Shown here in pieces: positions 10,630 to 20,140 of a stretch of DNA of 64,000 nucleotides. The notes beneath the pieces are model-generated. The model ran no database searches and was not told where the DNA came from. It saw only the letters and a program-made list of their open reading frames with translations. Within the stretch, counting starts at the first letter, position 1, and each line of letters opens with the position of its first letter. This stretch comes from Patescibacteria group bacterium (GTDB lineage: Bacteria > Patescibacteriota > Patescibacteriia > XYB2-FULL-38-15), in the NCBI GenBank assembly GCA_041650995.1, contig JBAZJZ010000002.1:13344-77343 (forward strand), written 5' to 3'. A program made the translations under genes and the position numbers.

Positions 10630-12414
10630 ATGATCAAGGTAGAAATAATTGATAGCCAGAAAAAAATAGAAGATTTCGCAAAAAAGCTCGCTCAACAAAG
10701 AGCTTTTGTTTTTAATATTGAAACAGAGGGGCAGTCCCCTTCCATTTCGAAAATTTTTGGTGTAAGTTTTTGTTTTGAAGAAGGAAAATCTTTTTACATC
10801 CCTTGCTCTAAATCAGAAATTTTAAATTTTAAATCTATTTTTGAAAATTCAAAGATTTTTAAATACGGCCATGATTTGAAACGCGGCATAGAGGTCTTAT
10901 ATGAAAAGGAAATTCAACTCGCGGCCGCGAGTTTTGACACAATGATCGCCGCTTATCTTTTAAATCCCGGCGCTAAAACCTATGAACTTTCCGATCTAAC
11001 TTCGGCGAAAGTTGGAGAAAAAATAACAACAATTGAAGAATCAATCGGTAAGGGAAAAGGGGGGAAAAATCTCGAAGAAGTGGGTCGGGAAAAAATAGCT
11101 GCCTACTCTGGTGAACGGACAGAAGCGATTTGGCGTTTGGTCAAAATTTTTAAAGAAGAGTTAAGAGAAAATAATCTTTTAAAACTTTTTGAAAATCTGG
11201 AAATGCCTTTGCTTCCGGTTTTGGCCCAAATGGAAACTGACGGAGTAAAAATTGATGCGGCAATTCTAAAGAAATATTCTAAAAAAGCAGAGAAGGAGTT
11301 ATCAAGAATTTCGGAAAAAATTTTTAAGTTAACCAAGATAAAATTTAACCTTGACTCCCCTATCCAGCTTCGGGAAGTTCTTTTCCAAAAATTAAAAATT
11401 CAGACGGCTGGACTTTCCCGCGGAAAAACCGGAATTTCCACAGCCGCTAGTGAACTGCAAAAGTTAAAGGGAGCGCATCCCGTCATTGATTTAATTTTGG
11501 AATATCGCGAATTGGCAAAATTAAATTCCACATATCTGCAAGCGCTACCAAAACTTATAAATCCCAAGACCGGTAGAATTCATACTAGCTTTAATCAAAC
11601 AATTACCGCGACCGGTCGCCTTTCTTCCTCAAACCCAAATTTACAAAATATTCCCGCCAAGGGTGAGTTGGCGGAAGCGGTCAGAAAGGCTTTTGTCGCG
11701 CCTCGCGGTTTTAAAATTCTAGCCGCAGATTATTCCCATATTGATTTGCGGGTAATTGCCTCGCTTGCTGATGACAAAAATATGATTAAATCTTTTCGGG
11801 CCGGAGCCGACATTCATCAGGAGACCGCTTCGCAGATTTGGAATGTTTCTCCGGAAAAAGTGACGCCCCAATTACGGCAGGCGGCGAAAACCATTAATTT
11901 TGGCGTAACTTATGGTATGGGCGCCCGAGCGCTCGCTTCTGGCGCCGGAATAACGATTGATGAAGCAAAACAGTTTATTGGCAAATATTTTACTGTTTAT
12001 GAAGGCGTCAGAAATTTTTTGGAAGAGACGCGCCAAAAGGCTCGCGACTTAGGATATGTGGAAACACTTTTCGGCCGCCGCCGATATTTGCCGGAAATTT
12101 ATTCCCCTGTTCCCCAGATTGCCGCCGAAGCCGAACGGATGGCTATTAATATGCCTGTCCAAGGCACGGCTGCGGATATTATGAAATTGGCAATGATTAA
12201 AATCGCCGCGGGACTGCCGAAAATTAGCCCTACCTCAAAAATGATTTTACAAGTTCATGATGAATTAGTTTTTGAAGTTGCCTCTTCTGATATAAAAAAG
12301 GTCGCGAATTTTGTTAAAGAAACTATGGCGGAGGCGGTAAAACTTAAAGTGCCGCTTACTTCTCAAATTGAAGTCGGAGAAAATTGGGGTGAGATGAAAA
12401 AATATAAAATATAA
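10630..12414 (+). CDS. polA: DNA polymerase I Klenow-like fragment (degenerate 3'-5' exo plus polymerase), separate ORF
   Basis: TATGRLSSSNPNLQNIP, ADYSHIDLR, RQAAKTINFGVTYG, LQVHDELVFE. Confidence 0.93.
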   Translation: MIKVEIIDSQKKIEDFAKKLAQQRAFVFNIETEGQSPSISKIFGVSFCFEEGKSFYIPCSKSEILNFKSIFENSKIFKYGHDLKRGIEVLYEKEIQLAAASFDTMIAAYLLNPGAKTYELSDLTSAKVGEKITTIEESIGKGKGGKNLEEVGREKIAAYSGERTEAIWRLVKIFKEELRENNLLKLFENLEMPLLPVLAQMETDGVKIDAAILKKYSKKAEKELSRISEKIFKLTKIKFNLDSPIQLREVLFQKLKIQTAGLSRGKTGISTAASELQKLKGAHPVIDLILEYRELAKLNSTYLQALPKLINPKTGRIHTSFNQTITATGRLSSSNPNLQNIPAKGELAEAVRKAFVAPRGFKILAADYSHIDLRVIASLADDKNMIKSFRAGADIHQETASQIWNVSPEKVTPQLRQAAKTINFGVTYGMGARALASGAGITIDEAKQFIGKYFTVYEGVRNFLEETRQKARDLGYVETLFGRRRYLPEIYSPVPQIAAEAERMAINMPVQGTAADIMKLAMIKIAAGLPKISPTSKMILQVHDELVFEVASSDIKKVANFVKETMAEAVKLKVPLTSQIEVGENWGEMKKYKI

Positions 12415-12417
12415 AGT

Positions 12418-13410
12418 ATGATTTTTTTTCTTTACGGTGAAGACAATTATCGTTCGCGCAAAAAATTGAAGCAGATTGAAGAAAAATTTAAAAAAGCCGA
12501 CAAGAGCCGCGTTAATTTTATTAGAATAGATGGAGAGAAAAATTTGTGGAAGAATATAGAAAAAGAAATTTTAGCAGCACCTTTTTTATATGATAAAAAA
12601 TTAGTAGTCGTTGAAAATTTTTTAAAAAAACGCGGCCAAAAATTTGATGAGGTAGTTGCTTTCTTAAAAGAAAAAAGAATTTCTGACGGAACGGTTGTCA
12701 TTTTTTGGGAGGATAAAAAACCCGACGAAAGAACGGCGATTTTTAAATTTTTGGCCAAGCCGAAACAGGCGGAGAGGTTTGATTTGCTCGACGCGCCAAA
12801 ATTGCGGAAATGGATTGCCGAGGCGGTGGCGGAAAAAAATTTAAAAATTGATGCACGAGCCGCGGAGGCGCTTATTGGTTTGGTCGGTTCTGACCTCTGG
12901 CAAATGAGCAGCGAACTTGATAAATTGGCTGCTTATGTTGGGCAAAGGAAAGAAAAAAATGGTCTAATCACTGTCGCAGATGTCGAGCTTTTTGTCAAAG
13001 GAAAGTTTGATGAAAATATTTTTTCTTTAACTGACGCTCTTGGTACTAAAAATAAAAGATTAGTTTTCAAAATTTTAAACGAACAAATAGAAGCCGGCCT
13101 CGGAGAGGGATATATTTTTGCGATGCTTGTGAGACAGTTCAGAATTTTATTACAAATAAAAGAATTAGTTGCCCTTGACTTCCCTTTTCTTTCCGCGGGA
13201 GATCCTGGCGTAAAACAAAAAATTTCTCTGGAACTAGGACTCCACCCATACGTTGTTCAAAAAACTCTTTACCAAATAAAAAATTTTTCTCTGCCGGAAT
13301 TAAAAAAAATATATGGTAAGTTGCTGGCCATTGACAGGAAAATGAAAAGAGGAAATTTCAATCCCCGGGCGTTCTTGGAGTTATTTATTGCCGAAGTTTG
13401 TTTAACGTAA
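12418..13410 (+). CDS. holA: DNA polymerase III delta subunit
   Basis: MIFFLYGEDNY, ELDKLAAY, IFSLTDAL, LGLHPYVV. Confidence 0.9.
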   Translation: MIFFLYGEDNYRSRKKLKQIEEKFKKADKSRVNFIRIDGEKNLWKNIEKEILAAPFLYDKKLVVVENFLKKRGQKFDEVVAFLKEKRISDGTVVIFWEDKKPDERTAIFKFLAKPKQAERFDLLDAPKLRKWIAEAVAEKNLKIDARAAEALIGLVGSDLWQMSSELDKLAAYVGQRKEKNGLITVADVELFVKGKFDENIFSLTDALGTKNKRLVFKILNEQIEAGLGEGYIFAMLVRQFRILLQIKELVALDFPFLSAGDPGVKQKISLELGLHPYVVQKTLYQIKNFSLPELKKIYGKLLAIDRKMKRGNFNPRAFLELFIAEVCLT

Positions 13411-13462
13411 TAAAATAAATATAGAATAAAACTTTTATTTATTAGTAAATTTTAATAGCCGT

Positions 13463-13804
13463 ATGACAGTTTTTTTCTTTTTGGAGTTAGCCTTCATTGC
13501 TCTTCTAAACGCTTCGGCGCAAATTTTTATTAAAAAGGCAAGCATTATCAGTTGGTTGGAGTGGTCCACTCTTTTTAACAAAAATTTATGGTTAGGAGGG
13601 TTGCTTTATGTGGTCGGATTTTTTCTGTGGGTCAAGGCTCTAAATCAAGGTGAACTCACTTTTGTTGTTCCCTTCACTACTAGCTTGATGTACATTGCCA
13701 CGGTATTTTTTGGTTGGTATTTTTTCAAAGAGCAAATCACGGCAATTAGAATAGCGGGGATTTTCGCTATTTGTTTTGGGATGTTTTTAGTTATGAAAAA
13801 ATAG
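13463..13804 (+). CDS. Small 4-TM EamA/SMR (ArnE-like) membrane protein
   Basis: Hydrophobic 113 aa; FFKEQIT..RIAGI..I..G. Confidence 0.75.
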   Translation: MTVFFFLELAFIALLNASAQIFIKKASIISWLEWSTLFNKNLWLGGLLYVVGFFLWVKALNQGELTFVVPFTTSLMYIATVFFGWYFFKEQITAIRIAGIFAICFGMFLVMKK

Positions 13805-13868
13805 AAGTTAGTCGTAAATAATTTAAAACCGCCCCGAGTCATTGGGGCGGTTTTTTATTTAATATTTT

Positions 13869-14138
13869 TTACTTTTTTAAGAGCGTATTAAGTTTTTTCA
13901 TGAGCCTAGATTTTTTTCTGGCTCCGGTGTTTTTTTTGATAATACCTTTCGAGATTGCTCGATCTATCTCCTTGATTGATTGTTTAATTATTTTTTGGGC
14001 TTCCTCCGCTTTTTTTGCCTCAATCAATCTGCGCCCCTCTTTAGTAGTTTTTTTTAGGATGTTTTTTATTTTTAAATTGCGAGCCATCCTTTTTTTGCTT
14101 TGTCTTAAGTCTTTAAAACTTGCTTTCTTAATCGGCAT
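13869..14138 (-). CDS. rpsT: 30S ribosomal protein S20
   Basis: MPIKKASFKDLRQSKKR...KGIIKKNTGARKKSRL. Confidence 0.93.
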   Translation of the reverse strand: MPIKKASFKDLRQSKKRMARNLKIKNILKKTTKEGRRLIEAKKAEEAQKIIKQSIKEIDRAISKGIIKKNTGARKKSRLMKKLNTLLKK

Positions 14139-14270
14139 GTTCCTTTGTTTCACTCAGTCAAATTTAAAATGCAAAGTGCAAAATGTAAAATGTCTGAGAG
14201 AATATTGATTTATCAAATAATTAGTAGTGTTATTTTACCAAATGGCTATTTTTTGTCAATGCTTTACTGA

Positions 14271-15317
14271 CTACTCAATTTTAGGTTTTTCAATTAGAAG
14301 CGGCTCTATCTGACTTTCGCCACCAGCAATTTTAATAACATCTTTATCAATTTTTTTTAATTCCGTAGAAGCGGTATTATAAGCGCCAACTGTAGTGCCA
14401 AGATGATTGCCGAGTTTTATAAAATATTCATCGTAGGCATTTAAATGTTTTCCTAAATCCCCTACTCTTTTGATAATATCTTTTACCGATTCGCTGATTT
14501 TCATTCGACGCAGACCTTCGGCGAAGAGTTGGAGGTAAACATGAAAGGTGGTTGGCGAAACAATAATCACGTGCTTTTCGCGATTAGCATATTCAACGAG
14601 ATCGCGAGTGTTAATTTTTACCGCGCCAATTTGATTTACTAGAAGATCATAATAAATTGCTTCCGCAGGGATAAACATAAACGCGTATTCAACAGTCCCT
14701 TCTTCTGTCCGTACGTATTTAGCGGTTTCGTCAATTCGGTTTTTGAGATCTTGCTTGAAAAGTTTTTCTAATTTTTCTCGCTCATTTGGATCGCGTTCTT
14801 CAACAATTCTATTATAGTTTTCCAAGCTGAATTTTGAATCAATTGGGATAATCTGTTCGCCTAAAAAAATGACAGCATCAACTATTTCTCCGTCTTTAAA
14901 TTTATGCTGCATTTGATACGCGGTTGGTGGAAGAACATTTTTTAAAACTGTTTCTAAATAATATTCGCCGAGAATTCCTCGCTGTTTTGGATTTTTTAAA
15001 ATATCCTCAAGGCTCTGAAGTTGTCCGGCAAAATTCACGATTTGCTTTCCAGTCTCATCAAGTTTAGTTAATTTTTCCGTGACATCTTTAATAATTTTAC
15101 TGCTCTCGCCAAATTGGGTTTGAACGGCCCGGTGACTTTCAGTAAGTTTAGCGTCTACTGCCTTGGTTAGTTCACTGATTTGATTTTGGAGAAGGATGAG
15201 AGATTGGTCATTGCGACTCCCTTCTTTTAATTCTTTAATTTTTCGATTAAGGAAATAAAAAATAGTTGCCAGGGCGGCAATAATTATGGCGGCAGCGATA
15301 AATAAATAAATCTCCAT
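14271..15317 (-). CDS. rmuC: DNA recombination protein RmuC
   Basis: N-terminal TM; NPKQRGILGE, IPIDSKF, FMFIPAEAIY, VSPTTF. Confidence 0.92.
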   Translation of the reverse strand: MEIYLFIAAAIIIAALATIFYFLNRKIKELKEGSRNDQSLILLQNQISELTKAVDAKLTESHRAVQTQFGESSKIIKDVTEKLTKLDETGKQIVNFAGQLQSLEDILKNPKQRGILGEYYLETVLKNVLPPTAYQMQHKFKDGEIVDAVIFLGEQIIPIDSKFSLENYNRIVEERDPNEREKLEKLFKQDLKNRIDETAKYVRTEEGTVEYAFMFIPAEAIYYDLLVNQIGAVKINTRDLVEYANREKHVIIVSPTTFHVYLQLFAEGLRRMKISESVKDIIKRVGDLGKHLNAYDEYFIKLGNHLGTTVGAYNTASTELKKIDKDVIKIAGGESQIEPLLIEKPKIE

Positions 15318-15534
15318 TTTGACTTTTCGTTAATTCTTTATTAAGATTATATCAGAAAATAAGCATAGTCGTAAAGAGCTTATTTTAAGAATAAGAAAAT
15401 ATTTGTAGTAATTATTATAAGATTAAGGTGAAAAAGAGGAAAAAGCGAGCATTTATATTTTACGACACTTGATTTCTTTTTATTTTAGGGAAAAATAAGA
15501 AAATATTTCTATATCTATAAAAATACTATCCCCT

Positions 15535-15606
15535 GTCCCCGTAGCTCAACGGATAGAGCAAACCCGTCCTAAGGGTGAGATGGGGGTTCAATTCCCTCCG
15601 GGGGCA
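15535..15606 (+). tRNA. tRNA-Arg(CCT)
   Basis: accc-gtCCTaa-gggt; acceptor gtccccg/cgggggc. Confidence 0.88.
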
Positions 15607-15768
15607 TGTAAAACGTCTTTAAGGCAAGTGTTTTTTAATTTTTGTGCACCTATAGTAAAGCGGTATTACGGCTGCACGGCAGCTTATCTAAAATTAAATT
15701 TATAAAAAATAGGCATTTATTTTAAATATTTAACGTTTTTTTAAAAAATCAATGATTTGGGTGGACCT

Positions 15769-15839
15769 GGGCTCATAGTAAAGTGGTATTACGCCGCATT
15801 CGCATTGCGGAGGCGGGAGTTCGATTCTCCCTGGGTCCA
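15769..15839 (+). tRNA. tRNA-Ala(CGC)
   Basis: ccgca-ttCGCat-tgcgg; G3:U70 pair. Confidence 0.9.
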
Positions 15840-15860
15840 CCTAAATTATTGATACTGGCT

Positions 15861-15892
15861 ATTGCGGAGGCGGGAGTTCGATTCTCCCTGGG
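15861..15892 (+). repeat. 32-bp direct repeat of the tRNA-Ala 3' half (att-like remnant)
   Basis: attgcggaggcgggagttcgattctccctggg identical to 15804-15835. Confidence 0.85.
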
Positions 15893-16206
15893 GTAAATCT
15901 CCTTGGAGCGATTTAGGGAAAATAGCCAAAGATTTCTGAAATCTTAACAAAAGCAGAAGAAGGGGATTAGCTTGGAAGAAGAAAATGTTTTTTGGAGAGA
16001 TGAAATGGAATTTCCTGATGGTAGAAACGAACAAGTAGATATAAAGATTTGGAAAAGAAAATTTAGTTCAGGGCAAGCTTCAATAGATTTATGGATCTGG
16101 CCAAAAGCAAAAAAATATTATCAAAAAAACGAAAAAACGCCCTAAAATAAAGGGCGTTTTTTAAAAATGTTTCACGCTAAACATTTTGTTGCCCGGTGAA
16201 ACACTT

Positions 16207-16555
16207 TTAGAGAAACCCATATAACCAGTTTTCTTCTCGCTGTTCAAATTTTTTCTTCCAATCTTCAAATTGAATTTTTTTCATGCCAAAAAGACGGCCT
16301 TCAAGCAATGGGATAATTTTTTCATTTATCGTTTTTCTTTTTCTAACCAAAAGTAGGGCATAATGACGATTTTGATGATTATAGATATGTATTGTTTTCC
16401 TTTAAATTTAATCCATCACGAACCATTTTAACCAGATCTTTATCCGAGGCGTGCATTTTTAATTGGAAAACGGGAACTTCTTGATTATTTTGTTTTACCC
16501 ACATAAAAGAACCCTCTCCAACAATTAGACCAGCAATAAAATCGAGTGAAAGCAT
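16207..16555 (-). pseudogene. Single-motif LAGLIDADG homing endonuclease-like gene with +1 frameshift near 16395-16398
   Basis: MLSLDFIAGLIVGEGSF...FQLKMH; after the shift TIHIYNHQNRHYALLLVRK...IIPLLEGRLFGMKKIQFEDW; absent from ORF track. Confidence 0.75.
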
Positions 16556-17081
16556 AATTCATTAAAAATTAATTTATTATGTTTTTTAATTTTATCATAA
16601 AATGAGTGACGGAAATTAATTTTTGTGGATAACTGCTGAGAAATTTATTGGTGTAGGAGGAAATAGACGAGTATTGGTGTTGTAAGGATGGGGTGATCCC
16701 CGAGGGACGCAGTAGTTAGTATGATTAAAAAGTAAATAATAATCTTAACATTGTGTATATATTAATTTACACATATCCCTTGAACTAAAATTTGTTCACA
16801 TTTGTAATTGACTTTTTTAAAAAATAATGGTATAATAATAATGTAAATAAGATAATTAATTTAGAAAAGCAACCCGGTTCTTTTATCTATATAATTATCT
16901 AAACAATTTAATATTAAGGGAAGTAGAGATTAAGGTTTCTTTCCCAATTAGTACCTAAGTACCCTTGCCCCACGCCAATTTGTGTGGGAGGTGTACTTTG
17001 TGCCCTCAGAAGGTACTTGTACCCTTGGAACAGAAATTTTAGTCTTAGGCTTTACCTTGAAATAGGTGATCGACGTTGTTT

Positions 17082-17759
17082 ATGAAAAAAATTTTCATAA
17101 AAGTCATTATAATCACTCTTGTTTTTATTTCTCTTGTTGCTTTTTGGAGAGCGCCTCTTAGCTTGGCATTAATGAATTCTGAAAGTTACATTAACTGGAT
17201 GGATTCTCTAAATTTTGGCGGAGAAGAAACTTCCTTTTCGGCAAGTTATAAAATTCAAGATACCTTGGGGGAAATTGGCACAGGAAAAATAACAAGTACT
17301 AGCTACGCTGGCTTAATAGGGTTTCGTCAGGCAGAAGCAGACCCCAAAATGACTTTTGATATTTCTAAAACTTCAATTGATTTTGGTACGTTGACCACAA
17401 ACGCCGTTTCTTCAGATAGCATCACTATCACAACTACAACTAATGCTGTGAATGGATATGTCACAACAATTCATGAGGAAGAAAATTTAAAAACTGTAGG
17501 CGGGGCGGATATTGATGATGTGGCAGACGGAACAGTTTCTCCCGGCGCAGAAGAATATGGGGTTAGAACGTCTGGCGCGGCGGGACAGATGAACGGAGCA
17601 GACACGGCTATTACAATTTCTCCACAAGCAGTCGCATTATATAGCAGTTGGGTAAATGGAAGCACAGTGACAGTTACTTTTAAAGCAGCAATTTCCTCGA
17701 TGACAGCGGCCGGAGCCTATGCCCATTCAGTCACATTGATTTCCACAGGAAGATTTTAA
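17082..17759 (+). CDS. Secreted Ig/pilin- or WxL-like surface protein
   Basis: Signal peptide; Thr/Ser-rich; ends AGAYAHSVTLISTGRF, paralogous to next gene. Confidence 0.7.
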   Translation: MKKIFIKVIIITLVFISLVAFWRAPLSLALMNSESYINWMDSLNFGGEETSFSASYKIQDTLGEIGTGKITSTSYAGLIGFRQAEADPKMTFDISKTSIDFGTLTTNAVSSDSITITTTTNAVNGYVTTIHEEENLKTVGGADIDDVADGTVSPGAEEYGVRTSGAAGQMNGADTAITISPQAVALYSSWVNGSTVTVTFKAAISSMTAAGAYAHSVTLISTGRF

Positions 17760-17815
17760 AAAATTATTTATAAAAAAGTTATTTATTAACGATCTGTTCA
17801 GCAGATCCTAAAAAT

Positions 17816-18901
17816 ATGAAGAACAGAAGTGTCCATAAAAAAATTGTTCAAATCACCGCGGTGAGTATGATTTTGTTCGCCGCTTTTCCGCTTTTGTCAG
17901 TGCATGCCGCGGCTATGACGAGTATCACGGACACACTGACTCGTCTAAAAGCCAGTACGGCTGCAAATCATACTATTAAGTTTGTTCAACTTACTGGCGT
18001 AGGGGCTGGACAAAAAATAAAAGTCACTTTTCCCACGGGGTTTGCCATGGGTTCAGTAGATTACACGGATGTGGATTTGGCTGTGGGTGACAGTAACAAT
18101 TGCTCCACGGCATCCTTTACGGACAAAACTTTAGCAGCGGCAGCTTCGGGGGCAACTTGGGGCGCGACTGTTGGCGGGCAAGTTCTCACTTTTGTTTCTG
18201 ACTCGGATACAATTACTGCCGATAGATGCGTTTTGATTGAAGTGGGAACCAACGCGACGGCAGGAGAAGCCGGCGATCAACAAGTGACAAACTCCACGGC
18301 CGGGAACGATAAGCTAATGACTTTAGCCACAACTACGGCAGCCGACGCAGAGATTGATGCAGGCTCTTTGGCTCTCTCAATAATTTCAGATGATCAAGTA
18401 ACAGTAACAGCCACAGTTAACGCGACTTTTACTTTTGAAATTTCTTCCAACTCTTGCGCCCTGGGGACTCTTTCAACCGCAAATGTCCAGACTTGCAGCG
18501 TAACTTTGACTACAAGCACTAATGCTGTTGGCGGCTACACCACCACAGTAGTAGGAACAGCTACGGGCGCTGAATTGATTCACTCTAATTTAACAGATAA
18601 TATTGATAATGCCACCGGCATAGAGGTTAACGCTGGTTCAGAAGAATTTGGAATTGGCACGAGTGATACGGGTGTTGACATAGTTACTGAATCAGATTGT
18701 GCTGGAGCTGACGGCACTATCGTGGCAGACGCGGAATCAATTGATACAATCGGAGACAATACGCCAGCTTCGATGGCAACGGCTTCTGGTCCGGTTTCCT
18801 CTGACGCGACAACAGCATGTTTTGCCGCGTCTATCGCGGCAACAACCGTTGCCGGTTCTTATACGGCCACAACGACATTTATTTCCACCGGAACCTTTTA
18901 A
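17816..18901 (+). CDS. Secreted two-domain pilin/WxL-like surface protein
   Basis: Signal peptide; TTSTNAVGGYTTTV, GSEEFG, ends AGSYTATTTFISTGTF. Confidence 0.7.
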   Translation: MKNRSVHKKIVQITAVSMILFAAFPLLSVHAAAMTSITDTLTRLKASTAANHTIKFVQLTGVGAGQKIKVTFPTGFAMGSVDYTDVDLAVGDSNNCSTASFTDKTLAAAASGATWGATVGGQVLTFVSDSDTITADRCVLIEVGTNATAGEAGDQQVTNSTAGNDKLMTLATTTAADAEIDAGSLALSIISDDQVTVTATVNATFTFEISSNSCALGTLSTANVQTCSVTLTTSTNAVGGYTTTVVGTATGAELIHSNLTDNIDNATGIEVNAGSEEFGIGTSDTGVDIVTESDCAGADGTIVADAESIDTIGDNTPASMATASGPVSSDATTACFAASIAATTVAGSYTATTTFISTGTF

Positions 18902-18970
18902 CTTTAAATTATTTTTTAAAATAACAAACAAGTCGCGATAATTTTATTCTCGACCTGTTAGGGGGAAGAT

Positions 18971-19975
18971 ATGAAAAAAATTTTTTTCGTGAGTTCGCTT
19001 GCCGCTTTAATTTTTGCGTTAGCGCCGATTTCCGTATCTGCCATAACGGTTTCCCCGCCAATCATTGAATTTGACGCGCGGCCAGGAGACACGATTGTTG
19101 ACACCATTAAATTGTATAACGAAACAAGGGAAGCGCAGACTTTGACTGGCGCAGTACAAAGTTTTAAGGCGTTGAATGAAACTGGAGCGCCAGCCTTTCT
19201 TCCTCCTGAAGAATCGACTGATTTGGCGACTTGGCTAAAGCTTGATGAATCTACGGTTTCCTTGGCGGCCGATGAAAGAAAAGATATTTTATTTAGCATC
19301 GCCGTTCCCCTCAATGCGGAACCTGGTGGCCACTACGCCGGAATTCTTTGGACACCGGGCGGCTCGACCACGCTTCAAGGAAGCGGCGTTGGCGTTACCA
19401 TTAAAACCGGAACATTAATTTTAGTCAGAGTCGCGGGGGACATTACTGAGACGGGCAGATTAGTCAGTTTCACGGCAGACAGATCCTCTTATAATTATTT
19501 GCCCGCGAATTTTTCTTTTCGTTTTGAAAATTTGGGCAATGTTCACTTAAAACCAGTCGGCGCGATTGAAATTAGTAATTTATTGGGGAGAAAAGTTACA
19601 TCTCTTCCGGTGAACGGAGATTTATCAAATGTCCTTCCAGAGTCAATTAGAAAATTTGACGCGACTTGGCAGAAAACAGAAGTTCCTCGCGGCGCGTCCG
19701 AGTGGCAAAAAGAAAGAGAAAATTTTGCTTGGGGTAAATATACAGCAACTCTCATTTTGGATTACGGGATAGACGGACAAGAAACCACGGCATCGCTTGT
19801 CTTTTGGGTTTTTCCATGGCGCGTAACACTTTTCTATCTGGCCATAGCTCTGATCATTATTCTTCTCGTTGTTTTAGGCATCAAAAGTTATAATAAGTGG
19901 CTTATCAAAAAATATAGCCAGCAAAATAAACCAGAAGATAATCAGAAAATTGAAGATCAAAAAATTGAAGAGTAA
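18971..19975 (+). CDS. DUF916/DUF3324-like (WxL-interacting, chaperone-like) membrane-anchored protein
   Basis: ITVSPPIIEF, VPLNAEPGGHYAGI, FENLGNVHLKPVG, GKYTATL, C-terminal TM. Confidence 0.75.
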   Translation: MKKIFFVSSLAALIFALAPISVSAITVSPPIIEFDARPGDTIVDTIKLYNETREAQTLTGAVQSFKALNETGAPAFLPPEESTDLATWLKLDESTVSLAADERKDILFSIAVPLNAEPGGHYAGILWTPGGSTTLQGSGVGVTIKTGTLILVRVAGDITETGRLVSFTADRSSYNYLPANFSFRFENLGNVHLKPVGAIEISNLLGRKVTSLPVNGDLSNVLPESIRKFDATWQKTEVPRGASEWQKERENFAWGKYTATLILDYGIDGQETTASLVFWVFPWRVTLFYLAIALIIILLVVLGIKSYNKWLIKKYSQQNKPEDNQKIEDQKIEE

Positions 19976-20140
19976 TTCAATTATTTCATTGATGTCCTCT
20001 GATTTTTCGGAGGACAAAACGAGTTCGTTGAATTTTCAAAAAACAAAAAACAAAAATCAAAAGTCAAAATTTGAATTTTAAAGTTTCACTTTTAATTTTT
20101 TGACGTTTGTCTTTTGAGTTTTGAATCTAGAAGGAGGCGC

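Noticed and set aside
16624-16632. Perfect DnaA box (TGTGGATAA) suggesting oriC; variants at 4557-4577
   Set aside because: Isolated boxes, with no dnaA/dnaN nearby and no cluster.
19989-20025. Hammerhead-like ttgatgtcctc...gaggacaaaac
   Set aside because: Core CUGANGA and GAAA are not intact; simple hairpin.
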